This document shows, piece after piece, positions 1 through 12,584 of a stretch of 64,000 bases of DNA. The stretch is from Candidatus Parcubacteria bacterium. GTDB taxonomy: Bacteria; Patescibacteriota; Patescibacteriia; CAIXNZ01. Below the pieces are notes generated by a model. That model saw only the letters and a program-made list of their open reading frames with translations, did no database searches and had not been told where the DNA came from. How positions within the stretch are numbered: the first letter of the stretch is position 1; every line of letters starts with the position of its first letter. The translations under genes were made by a program, and so were the position numbers. The stretch is taken from the NCBI GenBank assembly GCA_026395685.1, contig JAPLYG010000013.1, positions 387 to 64,386 on the forward strand, in the 5' to 3' direction.

Positions 1-3000
1 CATTGGCAATTTAAACATTCATTACCTGTGCTGCAGGCGCTATTATCGCAATTTTCTCCGGCTTCTACTATGCTATTGCCGCAAACCGATTGTTTCGGCG
101 TAACTGGTGGGATTACTGGAGGTATAACTTCTGAACTGACTAAATTGCTGGTTGAATTTGTTTTTAAACTGGTTATATTTGAACCGCTGACAATTGCCTG
201 ATTGGTAATGGTCTGGCCTTCGCTGCCTGTATTAACTTTGGCTTTAAAGGTAATATTTGCGCTTTCATTTATTCCTAATGCACCCACATTAAACGTTAAG
301 TTATTGCCTGTATTTGCTACTGCTACATTATTTACCTTAGAACTGCCGGATACGTATGTTAAATGGCTGTTTAATACATCTGTTACTATTATTCCTGCAG
401 CAGCGGCTGTGCCGTTATTTGTCAGATCTATGCGGTAGCTTAAAATATCATCCACATCTGCCGAACCGCTTTGCGCATAAGGTGCGCTTTGCGCTGAACT
501 AAAATGATTGAGGCCCAAAAGTCCGCCCATCATTACAAATAGAACTAAAGCTTTCAAAACTCCGGCAGCTAAAATTCCCTGCAAAGAAGCTTTGCTGATG
601 CTATGCATTTTCTTGTGTTTGGCATATGACACCTGGCTATATACTCCGTTATTATTTTGCACTGCAAGAGCTTCATAAACATGCTGCGGTTTTTGAAAAA
701 TCAAACTGTCAATTATGGCCAAAGCCATACTTAAGTTGTAATCTTTACGCAGATGCTTGACTGTGCTGACAATACCGATTATAAAAAATATTCCCAAGAT
801 CAATAACGCAATATTTAAAAGCCAGGATAAGCCGTTTAAGACATATCTTTGATTATTATTTAAATCTATACTGGCAAAGGCTGTATTAAACAAAGTAAAT
901 CCCCAATTCTTCGCCAGATTTACAGCCACGCCCTTAGTAGCTACAATATTTGGCTTAATAGCTGCTGGTGCTGGCTGACCATTTCCTGCTCCTAAATCCG
1001 TTTCTACTCCATCGCCGTTTCTGGCTTTGGCTGCCAGATTATATGGGTCACTGCTGGTTAAAGCTATTTGCACGGCCGGGACTGGCTTGCCAATGACTGC
1101 TATGCCGGCTGCTCCTCCCCAGGCTTCATAGGTTTGCCAGCTTTCCACATCGCTAAAATTACCATCTGACTGCAGATACTTGCCCGTGGTTATTTCCTTG
1201 ATTGCATATTCGGTATTCGCCGGATTTCCGTCATTGGGATCCAGTTTTAGATTTAATATTCCTGAGCTTAAAGGTGCTATTATTACCTGCTTTGGTATAT
1301 TGGCTAGAGTATAGCAGCTGACTAAACCGGTAAATGACTCTTCCGCAGCTATATAGGCGCTGACTTTACTGATATATTCAGTATTTGTAGTTAAGCCAGC
1401 TTCGTTAATCAGCCTGCAGCTAGCAGCTGCTCCGCCAGCATAATTGCATAAATGAGTAGCATCAGTTGCCACTTCTTTGATCAAATAAGCATTTGAAGCT
1501 AAAACGCCATAAAGGCGAAATCCTATTTCATTTGTGGAATTATCATTGAAAGTCCAGTCCAGGCTGGAATTACTTATTGGCTGACAGCTTAAATTTGTCG
1601 CTGGCATAACATTATAGCCAAGGCCGCCTTCCGAAGAAGTATCATCATTTGCAATAGTACCGACTCCCTGACCATGACCAGCTAGAATTGTGGCATTCTC
1701 AGGGCTAGAAAGATTTACATAAAATGTTTCAGTTAATTCAGGATCAGTATCGCCATTAACCTCAACTTTAATCGTTTTGGTGGTTTCTCCGGGATTAAAT
1801 ATCAGCATATCCTGCGGTAACGCAACATAATCATTATCAGCTACTGTTGCCGTTCCGTCGACAACATCATATAAAACCGTAGTTTGCATCCCGGATACAG
1901 GTGAAAGCGTGACAGTAAAATTAAAATTTCGCTTACCCGAATCTCTTTCCAGTAAAGAAACATCATTTATGGACAGCGAAGGCATGGCATCAGGCGGAGG
2001 AGATTCAGTAATATTGACATCTAAAGACCCTATCCCGTTGTAATTTGGATCTGAACTTGTCATTGTGCCCCAAACCTTGCCAATATGCGGTGATGCTTCA
2101 TACATTGCGTCATCTACAGCAGTAATAATAATTTCCTGATCAGTCATCCCGTTTATTGGAGTAAATGTAAGGCTGACAGGCAATACGCTAGTCTGTCCAT
2201 CAGGAGTACTAAAATCAATAATTACGTCAGATGACGGAAGAGAGGTCAATCTAATAAATATATTATCCGAAGACGCGGTTGTTTCATCCACATCTGTCGT
2301 TCCAAATGGAGGTGGTGTCTGAGTGACAATCACGCCCGCCGTATCATTATCAGTTATATTAACAACTACATTTGGAGTGGCAACGCCATTATTCATAAAT
2401 ACAGCGGCGGGACCATTGTAATTCGGATCAGCGCTTGCTGCCGTATGAGTTATTGTTCCTGTATGCGCGCCTTCCACATAAAAATCATCAACGGCAGACA
2501 CTATTATTTCCTGAGCTTCATAATAATCTAGCCGTGAAAATATTACCTGAGCTAAATCTGTTGTCACCTGCCCATCAGCAATAAGAGATACCGTAACGCC
2601 GACATCGACGGACGGCTGTTGTCTTAAATACAAATTATAAGTATCAGTTGCCCCGCCTTCAGTAACATTTGTAGAGCCTTCAGTTTCAGCTATGATTATC
2701 TCAAAATTACTGATTAAATTATTATTAAACTTTACAAAAGCCGTTAACCCGGTCGCATCCCCCCCGCCTGCAAACTCATCCTGGTTAATATCGGCGCCAT
2801 AATTAGTTTCTCTTTCACTTTTTGTCATATCAACCAGATAATTTACATCAACTGGATCCATAAACCTGTCATTATTCAAATCGCCCATTCTTCCCGCGTA
2901 AAGCGGATTACTCATCAAAGTGTTTACATCTACAATATTAACGATAATACTAGGGATAAATATACCGCCATCATATAAAGATAAAGGATCAGCGCAACTA

Positions 3001-4889
3001 GAACTAAAACTAATATTTTCCTGGACAGTACCTTCAATAATCGAGTCATCTGGTGCTGTCACAGTTACGGTTTGCGGGGTAGCCCAATTAGCGCTGGTAA
3101 ATGTCAATGAAGATGAACTCAAAGCAATCTGCGTACTATGGCTGATATTTATAGTTACATTACCCGTAGGCAATGTTTCCAAAACAACACTAAAAGAATC
3201 ATCAGCCGCAATTCCTTCTTTGACTTCAGTCCGTCCCGGCGTAGCGCCCCCAGATTCATCAACAGTCACACCAGCCTGATCATTATCTGCGACTATTACA
3301 TCCATATTAGGAGCTAGTGAACCGTCATAATCCCCATCTCCGACACTCGTTACAGTATGAGTGATAGTACTAGTCAATTGACCTTCTGCAGTTCCGTCAA
3401 TAGGAGCAGTTATTGTTATTATTTGCGGTGTATTCCAATTTAAAGTGGTAAAGGTAATAAAGCCTCCGCTTAAAATTGGATTTAGCAGGCTATCAGTTAA
3501 ATCAATTCCTGTAGCAGAATCATCATAAGTAAAAAAGACTTTCACATCAGCTGTCGGCGCCGAAGCTAATACCACGCTATAAGAATCTGCTAATCCACCT
3601 TCACGCACAAAGGTATTACCGTTTGTAGGCGTGATTATGACGCCGCTGCGATAAACAGAAACGCTATTTCCGCTGTAAGATTTGAAGTTGAGCAGGTAAA
3701 TATTCTCATACTTATTTATACTGACAAAATCTAATTTGTTATCATTATCAAAGTCAGCTGCCGCTAAATTAATCGGACCCGGAAGAGTATTTAAAGCAGG
3801 CGCTGCAGTAAATGTAAAATTATTATTGCCATGAAATATTTTTATGGCATTATCTGCATAGCTGCTGACTGCCAAATCAACGCCAGCTATATTATCAAAA
3901 TTTCCGGATATAACCCTGGTGCTTTTCTCACCTATCGGATACGATGTCAACCGCTCAGTAAAAGTAAAAGAATTCAAGCCATTATTTTCATAAATTCTAA
4001 GTCGGCTTGCGGTAGCAGTAAAACTCACATCAATCCCCGCCAAGTCAATATCAGTATCGCCATCAAAATCACCGGCCGCAATAAAATCAATATTGCCAGA
4101 TATACCAACACCCGGAGCAAAAGTTCCATCGCCATTATTTTCTAATACTGATAAAGCTGCGGTATCGGCCGGGGCACTGCTCGAGACAACCAAATCATTA
4201 TCTCCATCACCGTCAAAATCAGCGCTAACAATCTGAAGCGGACTCCTGTCAACAGCATAATCCACTGCGGCGGCAAAAGTTCCATCGCCATTATTTAATA
4301 AAACTGATATGGAATCTGAACCGTTATACGGCTTTGTATTATTATAACTATTGGCTACCACCAAATCAAAAGATGCATTTGCATCCAATCTTGTGGCTAT
4401 AATGCCGGTCAGTCCTCTAAGCCCTAACCCTGTCGTATAGCTATCTCCTGGTGTAAATGTAAATACTCCACTGCCATCATTTCGCAAGATGACTATAGTA
4501 TCCGTAGAATAATTAGAGACTGCCAAATCAATATCAGCATCGACATCAAAATCAGCAGCGGTAATTGAATTTGTTCCTTCGCCGACAGCATCATAATTTA
4601 CTGCAGGCAAGAAGGCACCATGACCGTCATTTAATAAAATAGAAACTTGAGCTACTCTGTAATTAACCACAGCCAGATCATTATAGCCGTCACCGTTAAA
4701 ATCAGCTGTTGCTGCCTGGCGCGGATCATCAAGCACCAAATAATTTTCCGGCGCTAAATAGGGATAGGCATTAGAAGTTTTCAAAAAACTCAAACATAAA
4801 AAAAGAATGGCCAAAATAGCCAAACGCCAAGCTGGCCTAAATGTCAGTAATTTTAAGCCGATAATTCTATTTTTAAAATTTGATTTCAT
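1..4889 (-). CDS. Giant surface protein, truncated by window start: signal peptide, FG-GAP/VCBS repeats, Calx-beta-like repeats, two internal TM helices, DUF11-like domain, Cys-rich repeat
   Basis: ATG at 4889 (MKSNFKNRIIG...LAILAILFLCLSFL). Repeated ADFNGDGYNDLAV / ADFDGDGDNDLVV motifs, TFTSANWATPQTVTV and GVGTIANDD motifs, and CGNSIVEAGENCD at the window edge. The same frame was checked at 4887, 1641 and 3. It is absent from the ORF track, consistent with no stop inside the window. Confidence 0.85.
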   Translation of the reverse strand, partial: MKSNFKNRIIGLKLLTFRPAWRLAILAILFLCLSFLKTSNAYPYLAPENYLVLDDPRQAATADFNGDGYNDLAVVNYRVAQVSILLNDGHGAFLPAVNYDAVGEGTNSITAADFDVDADIDLAVSNYSTDTIVILRNDGSGVFTFTPGDSYTTGLGLRGLTGIIATRLDANASFDLVVANSYNNTKPYNGSDSISVLLNNGDGTFAAAVDYAVDRSPLQIVSADFDGDGDNDLVVSSSAPADTAALSVLENNGDGTFAPGVGISGNIDFIAAGDFDGDTDIDLAGIDVSFTATASRLRIYENNGLNSFTFTERLTSYPIGEKSTRVISGNFDNIAGVDLAVSSYADNAIKIFHGNNNFTFTAAPALNTLPGPINLAAADFDNDNKLDFVSINKYENIYLLNFKSYSGNSVSVYRSGVIITPTNGNTFVREGGLADSYSVVLASAPTADVKVFFTYDDSATGIDLTDSLLNPILSGGFITFTTLNWNTPQIITITAPIDGTAEGQLTSTITHTVTSVGDGDYDGSLAPNMDVIVADNDQAGVTVDESGGATPGRTEVKEGIAADDSFSVVLETLPTGNVTINISHSTQIALSSSSLTFTSANWATPQTVTVTAPDDSIIEGTVQENISFSSSCADPLSLYDGGIFIPSIIVNIVDVNTLMSNPLYAGRMGDLNNDRFMDPVDVNYLVDMTKSERETNYGADINQDEFAGGGDATGLTAFVKFNNNLISNFEIIIAETEGSTNVTEGGATDTYNLYLRQQPSVDVGVTVSLIADGQVTTDLAQVIFSRLDYYEAQEIIVSAVDDFYVEGAHTGTITHTAASADPNYNGPAAVFMNNGVATPNVVVNITDNDTAGVIVTQTPPPFGTTDVDETTASSDNIFIRLTSLPSSDVIIDFSTPDGQTSVLPVSLTFTPINGMTDQEIIITAVDDAMYEASPHIGKVWGTMTSSDPNYNGIGSLDVNITESPPPDAMPSLSINDVSLLERDSGKRNFNFTVTLSPVSGMQTTVLYDVVDGTATVADNDYVALPQDMLIFNPGETTKTIKVEVNGDTDPELTETFYVNLSSPENATILAGHGQGVGTIANDDTSSEGGLGYNVMPATNLSCQPISNSSLDWTFNDNSTNEIGFRLYGVLASNAYLIKEVATDATHLCNYAGGAAASCRLINEAGLTTNTEYISKVSAYIAAEESFTGLVSCYTLANIPKQVIIAPLSSGILNLKLDPNDGNPANTEYAIKEITTGKYLQSDGNFSDVESWQTYEAWGGAAGIAVIGKPVPAVQIALTSSDPYNLAAKARNGDGVETDLGAGNGQPAPAAIKPNIVATKGVAVNLAKNWGFTLFNTAFASIDLNNNQRYVLNGLSWLLNIALLILGIFFIIGIVSTVKHLRKDYNLSMALAIIDSLIFQKPQHVYEALAVQNNNGVYSQVSYAKHKKMHSISKASLQGILAAGVLKALVLFVMMGGLLGLNHFSSAQSAPYAQSGSADVDDILSYRIDLTNNGTAAAAGIIVTDVLNSHLTYVSGSSKVNNVAVANTGNNLTFNVGALGINESANITFKAKVNTGSEGQTITNQAIVSGSNITSLKTNSTSNLVSSEVIPPVIPPVTPKQSVCGNSIVEAGENCDNSACSTGNECLNCQ

Positions 4890-4999
4890 ATTACAACAAA
4901 TAAAATAGCAAATTTAAAAAAATGCCTCGAGTTTTGCTTTTATCTCCTGATTTAATTATATCAAATTTTATCTTACTTTAGCAGTCAAACTGGGGATAA

Positions 5000-5317
5000 C
5001 TAATAGCGGAAATTGCCCCTCATTTTTTCCTTATATTTTTTGATTTGGCGTTCCAGTTCCTCCCTGGCCTCATTTATAGCCACATACAAATCATCTCTGG
5101 TGGCTTCAGCCCGTAAAAGATGTTTCTGCGGCACTTCCAGATTTATTTCCGCCCGAAAAACATTGCCTTTTTGATGATGTTTAGTGGTTAAGCCGACGTC
5201 GACTCTGGCGATTAACGCCTGTTCAAAAAATTTTTCCAGACTGCCGACTTTTTCATTGACATAGTCTTTGAGAGCGTCGGTAAGCTCCAAATTTGTTCCT
5301 TTGATCTCGATTTGCAT
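5000..5317 (-). CDS. hpf: Ribosome hibernation promoting factor (HPF/RaiA)
   Basis: MQIEIKGTNLELTDALKDYVNEK...DLYVAINEAREELERQIKKYKEK is the typical S30AE fold. Confidence 0.93.
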   Translation of the reverse strand: MQIEIKGTNLELTDALKDYVNEKVGSLEKFFEQALIARVDVGLTTKHHQKGNVFRAEINLEVPQKHLLRAEATRDDLYVAINEAREELERQIKKYKEKMRGNFRY

Positions 5318-5360
5318 AGTATAAGTAAATTAGTTATTAGCTTATTAGTAATCAGATGGT

Positions 5361-7433
<2,073 letters not shown>

Positions 7434-7565
7434 TTAAAAATTCAAAATGCAAAAATCAAAATTACAAAGCAAAAATCAAAATTTAGGTATTTTTAAAATA
7501 AACTTTCCAAAATTTAAAATTATAAACTGTAACTTTAAACTTTGCACTTTAAACTTTAAGCTTTC

Positions 7566-8312
7566 TTAAACGCCCAGCAGCCACTTCAGCAGCAAATTCC
7601 CGTATAGCAAAACAGCAATCCCCGCGCCAGCCAGAAAACTTCCCATAGGCAATAAATCGCCGAATTTTTTCTTTTTCGTTATTATTAATCCCAAAGCAAA
7701 TAATCCGCCCAGGATATAAGCCATTAAAAGCGTTATAATCAGATATTCCAAGCCCAGCATAATACCCAAAACAAAACCTAACTTCACGTCACCAAACCCG
7801 ATCCATTTGCCCCTTGACGCCAGATGCTGGATATAAAAAAATCCGCCGCCGACCAAAGAAGCAAAAACTAAGCCCTGCCACTGATAACCCAAATAAATAT
7901 TGACAATAAAACTGATAATCAAAGCCGGCCAGAGTATCGCATCTAAAATCGTTAAATATTTCAAATCAAAAATTAAAATAAATAAGAGCACAAAAACATA
8001 CAATAAATCGCTGAGCATCATTAAATTAATTGCATGATAATTTAAATAAATTAAGGCAAACAGCAAACCAGTCGCAATTTCAACAGCAAAATATTCCCAG
8101 CCGATAAATTTTTTACAGAATCTGCATTTACCGCGCAAGAAAATAAAGCTGAATAAAGGGATTAAATCACGCTTTAAAAGCTGCTGCTGGCAATGAGGGC
8201 AAAGAGAGCGCTTCCAGAGAGGCATTTTCTTTGACAAGCGATAAACCAATGAATTCATAAAACTGCCCATAACCAAGCCGATTATGAAGATAAAAATCAA
8301 TTCAATTAACAT
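7566..8312 (-). CDS. pilD: Prepilin peptidase (A24)
   Basis: GSFMNSLVYRL, CPHC...KCRFC, GFGDVKL, LPMGSFL. Confidence 0.93.
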   Translation of the reverse strand: MLIELIFIFIIGLVMGSFMNSLVYRLSKKMPLWKRSLCPHCQQQLLKRDLIPLFSFIFLRGKCRFCKKFIGWEYFAVEIATGLLFALIYLNYHAINLMMLSDLLYVFVLLFILIFDLKYLTILDAILWPALIISFIVNIYLGYQWQGLVFASLVGGGFFYIQHLASRGKWIGFGDVKLGFVLGIMLGLEYLIITLLMAYILGGLFALGLIITKKKKFGDLLPMGSFLAGAGIAVLLYGNLLLKWLLGV

Positions 8313-8410
8313 AAGTTTTTATTAAATTATTATATGGTTAATTATACCAATTATTCAGCCAAAACAAAACAGCGCCTGAATTAAGACGCTGCCTATGATT
8401 TAAATTCCTT

Positions 8411-8890
8411 TTATTTATTACCTGCCTGTCGGTCAATCGCTTGCGAATGGGCGTGATAAGTCCCGGCTTCACCCAAACTGCTGGGCTTTTCAGTAGTAAA
8501 AACTATATCATAGCCTTCCGCAATCCCGGTATAGCTGTATTTTCCCGACGCCAAGGGATCTTTAGGGACAAGCGGCATATACGGATTAGCCTGATCACAG
8601 GGAGTTTCTGCTGGTAAAAAAGCTCCTGCTTTTTTAGAACAAAGTTTTTGAGCGCTAATATCGCCTAAAATAATCGGCGTAATGGTAACGGGATATTCAT
8701 TTTCATCGCTGTAATAAAATTCCAAAGCAGTGCGAACCTGACGGATATCGCTGATGCGCTTGGCATCTCTGGCTTTGCCGCGCTGATCATTAAGCGCTAC
8801 CACGGAAATTATACCCAACAAAATAATGATCGCAATAACAATTAAAAGCTCAATTAGAGAAAATCCCCTTTGACTTTTATTTTTTGTCAT
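8411..8890 (-). CDS. Type IV pilin/pseudopilin-like protein
   Basis: GFSLIELLIVIAII class III signal and KARDAKRISDIRQVRTALEFY. Confidence 0.9.
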   Translation of the reverse strand: MTKNKSQRGFSLIELLIVIAIIILLGIISVVALNDQRGKARDAKRISDIRQVRTALEFYYSDENEYPVTITPIILGDISAQKLCSKKAGAFLPAETPCDQANPYMPLVPKDPLASGKYSYTGIAEGYDIVFTTEKPSSLGEAGTYHAHSQAIDRQAGNK

Positions 8891-8905
8891 AAATTTATTT
8901 TTAAG

Positions 8906-9388
8906 TTATTGAAAAGCGCAAGGCTGACTTAATATTTGGATGCTGCTTGCGCAATTAATTCCTTTCTTTAGACCCAAATCTTTAAAATTTGTTTTTAATT
9001 CAAATTCTAACTGATAATCAAGGCCAATACTAATCGTCTGAAAATAATAAGGCTTTTCGTTTGCGTTCTGATACTGGCTAAAAGGCATATAATTAAATAT
9101 TATTTTGCTGCATTTATCATCATAACGTTTAAATCCGTCAGTGCATAATTTTTCCGTACCGAGATAATTATCATTAAGAGGCACCTTGCCGTTTGTTTCC
9201 GGATAGGTTGTATTATTTGCCAGATATAAATCCAAGCCGTTTTGAATTTGTTTAATGTCGCTTAAAACCTGGATATCCCTGCTTTTTTGATTTAAATACA
9301 AAACAAAAACAATGTCAAGGACAATCATAAAAAGAATCAGTATGATTACAACCAATAATTCAATTTTTGTGAATCCGTTTTGCTTCAT
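8906..9388 (-). CDS. Type IV pilin-like protein
   Basis: GFTKIELLVVIIL and KSRDIQVLSDIKQIQNGLDLY. Confidence 0.85.
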   Translation of the reverse strand: MKQNGFTKIELLVVIILILFMIVLDIVFVLYLNQKSRDIQVLSDIKQIQNGLDLYLANNTTYPETNGKVPLNDNYLGTEKLCTDGFKRYDDKCSKIIFNYMPFSQYQNANEKPYYFQTISIGLDYQLEFELKTNFKDLGLKKGINCASSIQILSQPCAFQ

Positions 9389-9423
9389 TGGCCTAAAAGC
9401 TAAATTCTTAAATGGAGAGTGAT

Positions 9424-9810
9424 TTATTTATGCTCTTTGAGAATCTTTTTTATTTTATCAACAACTTCGGACGGCATAAAATGAGCCTTGATCAGATAAC
9501 CGACTGCTCCTTTTTCAAAACCCTTTTTCACATCGTCTTTCTGGCCCAAATTGGTAAGTAAAACAACAGGAATGTTAGCCAGTTCCTTATCCTTTTTCAA
9601 AGCATCCAAGACTGCAAAACCATCCATTTTCGGCATTAAAATATCAAGCAATATGATATCCGGTTTCTCTTTTTTTGCCATGTCCAAACCTTTAAGCCCG
9701 TCTTCAGCCGCAACCACGCCAAAACCTTCCAGTTCAAATTTAGTGGTGTACATTTCCACTAGGAATGTATCGTCTTCGACTAATAGAATTTTTATTTTTT
9801 GATCTGCCAT
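9424..9810 (-). CDS. Single-domain response regulator (CheY-like)
   Basis: ILLVEDD, DIILLDILMPKMDG, LLTN, YLIK. Confidence 0.93.
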   Translation of the reverse strand: MADQKIKILLVEDDTFLVEMYTTKFELEGFGVVAAEDGLKGLDMAKKEKPDIILLDILMPKMDGFAVLDALKKDKELANIPVVLLTNLGQKDDVKKGFEKGAVGYLIKAHFMPSEVVDKIKKILKEHK

Positions 9811-9891
9811 AAAATAAAATTAAATGTTAAATCTCAGCCCAAGGCTGTCCCGTCTCTGGCGGGAAAAATTAAAAAATTAAATATATTTGAT

Positions 9892-10923
9892 TTATTTATA
9901 TGTTAAATATTCAGCTTCACTCAGGACTCTGGGATCCCAATCTACATAACCGCTGACTTCCTTTGCCTGCCGTATACTGCGGAAACGGTCATTTATTGTA
10001 TAAATTGAACCGGGATCAATTTTTGATATTGCCAAACCATTGCTGAAAACAACTGAATTTACGTCTATTTTTCTTAAAACTCCGCCCCAATCAATTAAGT
10101 ATAAAGTGGAATCAGCGGCAAATTTTACCACAGTGCCCCGCAATGGAGCTAAATCAGTATCCGGCAAAATAATATCTTCACAACGGCAATTTTCACAAGC
10201 TTGATTTTCCGAGCATCCCGCCAGATCACATTGTTCAGTTGCTTCAATTTTTCCATTGCCGCAAATTGGCGCAATAATTACCTGCCGGCATTGGCAATTA
10301 TTACAGACTTGATTTTCCGCACATCCCTGTAAATCGCACGCTTCGCCGGTTTCAATCACTCCATTACCGCAAATTGAAACTGCTTCAATTTGGCACAAGC
10401 CGGAACAGCCATCGCCATTTTCACGATTACCATCATCACAGCTTTCACTGCCCTCAATTTCTCCATTGCCGCAAATTGGCTCAATACTTACCTGCTGGCA
10501 TTGGCAATTATTACAGACCTGGTTTTCAGCACATCCTTGTACATCGCACTGTTCATTGAATTCAATCAAGCCATTGCCGCAAATCAACGCCTGTGGCGGC
10601 TTATTTTCGTTTATTACAATTTTTGGAGGACGAGTCAAAAGGTAATACGTTCCCAGAATTATCAGAGAAAAAACAAACAGTAAAATTATAATAATAACTA
10701 TTTTCTTTTTGAATAAATACGATTTTAATGAAGTAACCAGATTGACTTCGCCTAGCGGCTCCTCACTAAATTTCTCTGCCGGTTTTTGCGCTGGCTCAGG
10801 CTTTTTCTCACTGATTACTTTTTCAGAAGTAATATTTTCCAAAACCGGCTCATGCATTTGTACCGGCACTTTTGGGGGCGGCATTTTTTTATCCGGACCT
10901 TTGCCTAAAAAATCTATGGCCAT
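9892..10923 (-). CDS. Membrane-anchored protein with Cys-rich repeats (DUF4215/myxococcal type)
   Basis: One TM helix, then four CGNG-x-IE-xxE-x-CD repeats. Confidence 0.8.
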   Translation of the reverse strand: MAIDFLGKGPDKKMPPPKVPVQMHEPVLENITSEKVISEKKPEPAQKPAEKFSEEPLGEVNLVTSLKSYLFKKKIVIIIILLFVFSLIILGTYYLLTRPPKIVINENKPPQALICGNGLIEFNEQCDVQGCAENQVCNNCQCQQVSIEPICGNGEIEGSESCDDGNRENGDGCSGLCQIEAVSICGNGVIETGEACDLQGCAENQVCNNCQCRQVIIAPICGNGKIEATEQCDLAGCSENQACENCRCEDIILPDTDLAPLRGTVVKFAADSTLYLIDWGGVLRKIDVNSVVFSNGLAISKIDPGSIYTINDRFRSIRQAKEVSGYVDWDPRVLSEAEYLTYK

Positions 10924-10927
10924 AAAA

Positions 10928-12007
10928 TTAAATAATATCCCTCATCGCCAGACCCAAAGCTACTGCAAAACGGGGTCCGACTTCAGTCAAAACCGGACGC
11001 AATTCTTGTGGATAAATCACTCTTGCCCAAGGATCGCCGATATATGCGCGTAAATTCAGGACATTAGTTAAATATTTATCCAGATAATTACCGAGCAATG
11101 ATCCGCCTCCGGTTAAAATCACTTTGTCAAGTATTTTCTGCTGTCCCATCTGGTCATAATAAGTCTTCAGCAAATACTTGATTTCTGAAACTAAAGGCGC
11201 TAAAGCATCTTCCACCAGCTGAGGATAATTACTGAGATTCTCTTGCTGCATTAAAATTGCCATATCTAACTTATAATTTTCTGCTTCAGCAATTGTAATA
11301 TTTAAGGTATCGGCAATTTTCTTGGTAATTACGCCGCCGCCATAATTAATGGTTCTGTTTAAAAGCGGCATGGCATAATTGACAATTGATAAAGTCGTTA
11401 AATTCTCGCCGATATCTACTAATAAAATCAAAGATTTATCTGTACCGACCAAAGAACGCACTAAAGCAAAAGTTTCAATATCTAAATTTGTAAGCTGAAA
11501 ATTTGACTGCTTGAAAATATCCACATAAGTTTTAACAACTTCTAAAATAGAGGCGGTGACTAAATATCTGGCCACTGGAATTTTTGGGCCAGAATCAGGA
11601 TTTTCAATTTCTTCATCAACGATCAAATTGAAATCAAAAATTACTTCCTCTATCGGCCGGGGCATAATCTTTTTCAGCTCTTCTATTAATAAGGGCTTGA
11701 TCTTGGCCTTATTTTCCAAATCACGGCGCTGTAAGTTTGACAATTTAATCACTGTTGAAAAAACAGAAGAAATAGGCAGGGCAGCCGACGCAAAATTTGT
11801 CGTTACCTTTGCACGGTCAGCGACTTCTTTTAATAAAGTGCTTGTTAAATTTCTATTATTGATAAAGTCGCCTCTTAAAACATCACTGCGGGATTCCGTA
11901 TAACCATAAGTCACTAATTTTGGCTTGCCGGCTTCTACGGTCAACTCAACAATTTTGATGGAATCAGGCGACAAATCAACACCTAAATAACTATAGGGTT
12001 TTGCCAT
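10928..12007 (-). CDS. pilM: Type IV pilus assembly protein PilM
   Basis: LGVDLSPDSIKIVEL, VDIGENLT, ILTGGGS, FAVALGLAMR. Confidence 0.92.
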   Translation of the reverse strand: MAKPYSYLGVDLSPDSIKIVELTVEAGKPKLVTYGYTESRSDVLRGDFINNRNLTSTLLKEVADRAKVTTNFASAALPISSVFSTVIKLSNLQRRDLENKAKIKPLLIEELKKIMPRPIEEVIFDFNLIVDEEIENPDSGPKIPVARYLVTASILEVVKTYVDIFKQSNFQLTNLDIETFALVRSLVGTDKSLILLVDIGENLTTLSIVNYAMPLLNRTINYGGGVITKKIADTLNITIAEAENYKLDMAILMQQENLSNYPQLVEDALAPLVSEIKYLLKTYYDQMGQQKILDKVILTGGGSLLGNYLDKYLTNVLNLRAYIGDPWARVIYPQELRPVLTEVGPRFAVALGLAMRDII

Positions 12008-12084
12008 TTTTAAAATTTTTTAATTTTTAAATCATCCTTCTTAGTTGTGAATATATTATACCACAAAAAAAGCCAAAAATATAC

Positions 12085-12492
12085 CTATGTATGGTTATCC
12101 AATTCCTGATTTAATAATTCATCTGCTTCTTTGTTCAATTCCCTGGGAATATGCTTAAATTTTACCGTGCCTAAATTTACCGTTAAATTCCAAACTTTAA
12201 TAAATAATGGCTGGAGGTCTTTATCTTTTACCCGGTATTCCTGCTTCATTTGCTTAACTACAAGTTCAGAATCCAAAAAACAATTTACCTCAGAGGGCTT
12301 AAATTCTTCAGCCAATTGTAAAGCTTTGATTAATGCCCTGTATTCAGCTTGGTTGTTCGTAGTCTCCCCGATATATTCAGCATGGGTTTTCAAAACTTTA
12401 TCATTATCATCTTTAATAACAATACCAATTGCCGCCGGTCCGGGATTGCCGCGGGCTCCGCCGTCAGTAAATATTTTTAATATTTTAGCCAT
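12085..12492 (-). CDS. rnhA: Ribonuclease HI
   Basis: FTDGGARGNPGPA, TNNQAEY, DSELVV, HIPRELNKEAD. Confidence 0.95.
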   Translation of the reverse strand: MAKILKIFTDGGARGNPGPAAIGIVIKDDNDKVLKTHAEYIGETTNNQAEYRALIKALQLAEEFKPSEVNCFLDSELVVKQMKQEYRVKDKDLQPLFIKVWNLTVNLGTVKFKHIPRELNKEADELLNQELDNHT

Positions 12493-12584
12493 AAAAATTT
12501 TTATTAATAGCCTTTAATCATTAGCTATGTTTTATTCCATATTCCAACCAATTATATCATTTATCCTGTTGATAGAAAAGCCCA

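Noticed and set aside
202-4145. Plus-strand ORFs at 202, 2920 and 3831
   Set aside because: Antisense shadows of the giant minus-strand gene; the same applies to most short ORFs opposite recognised genes across the window
9833-9868. Small double hairpin between the response regulator and the Cys-rich gene
   Set aside because: Single copy in the window and too short to classify; may be a small dispersed repeat
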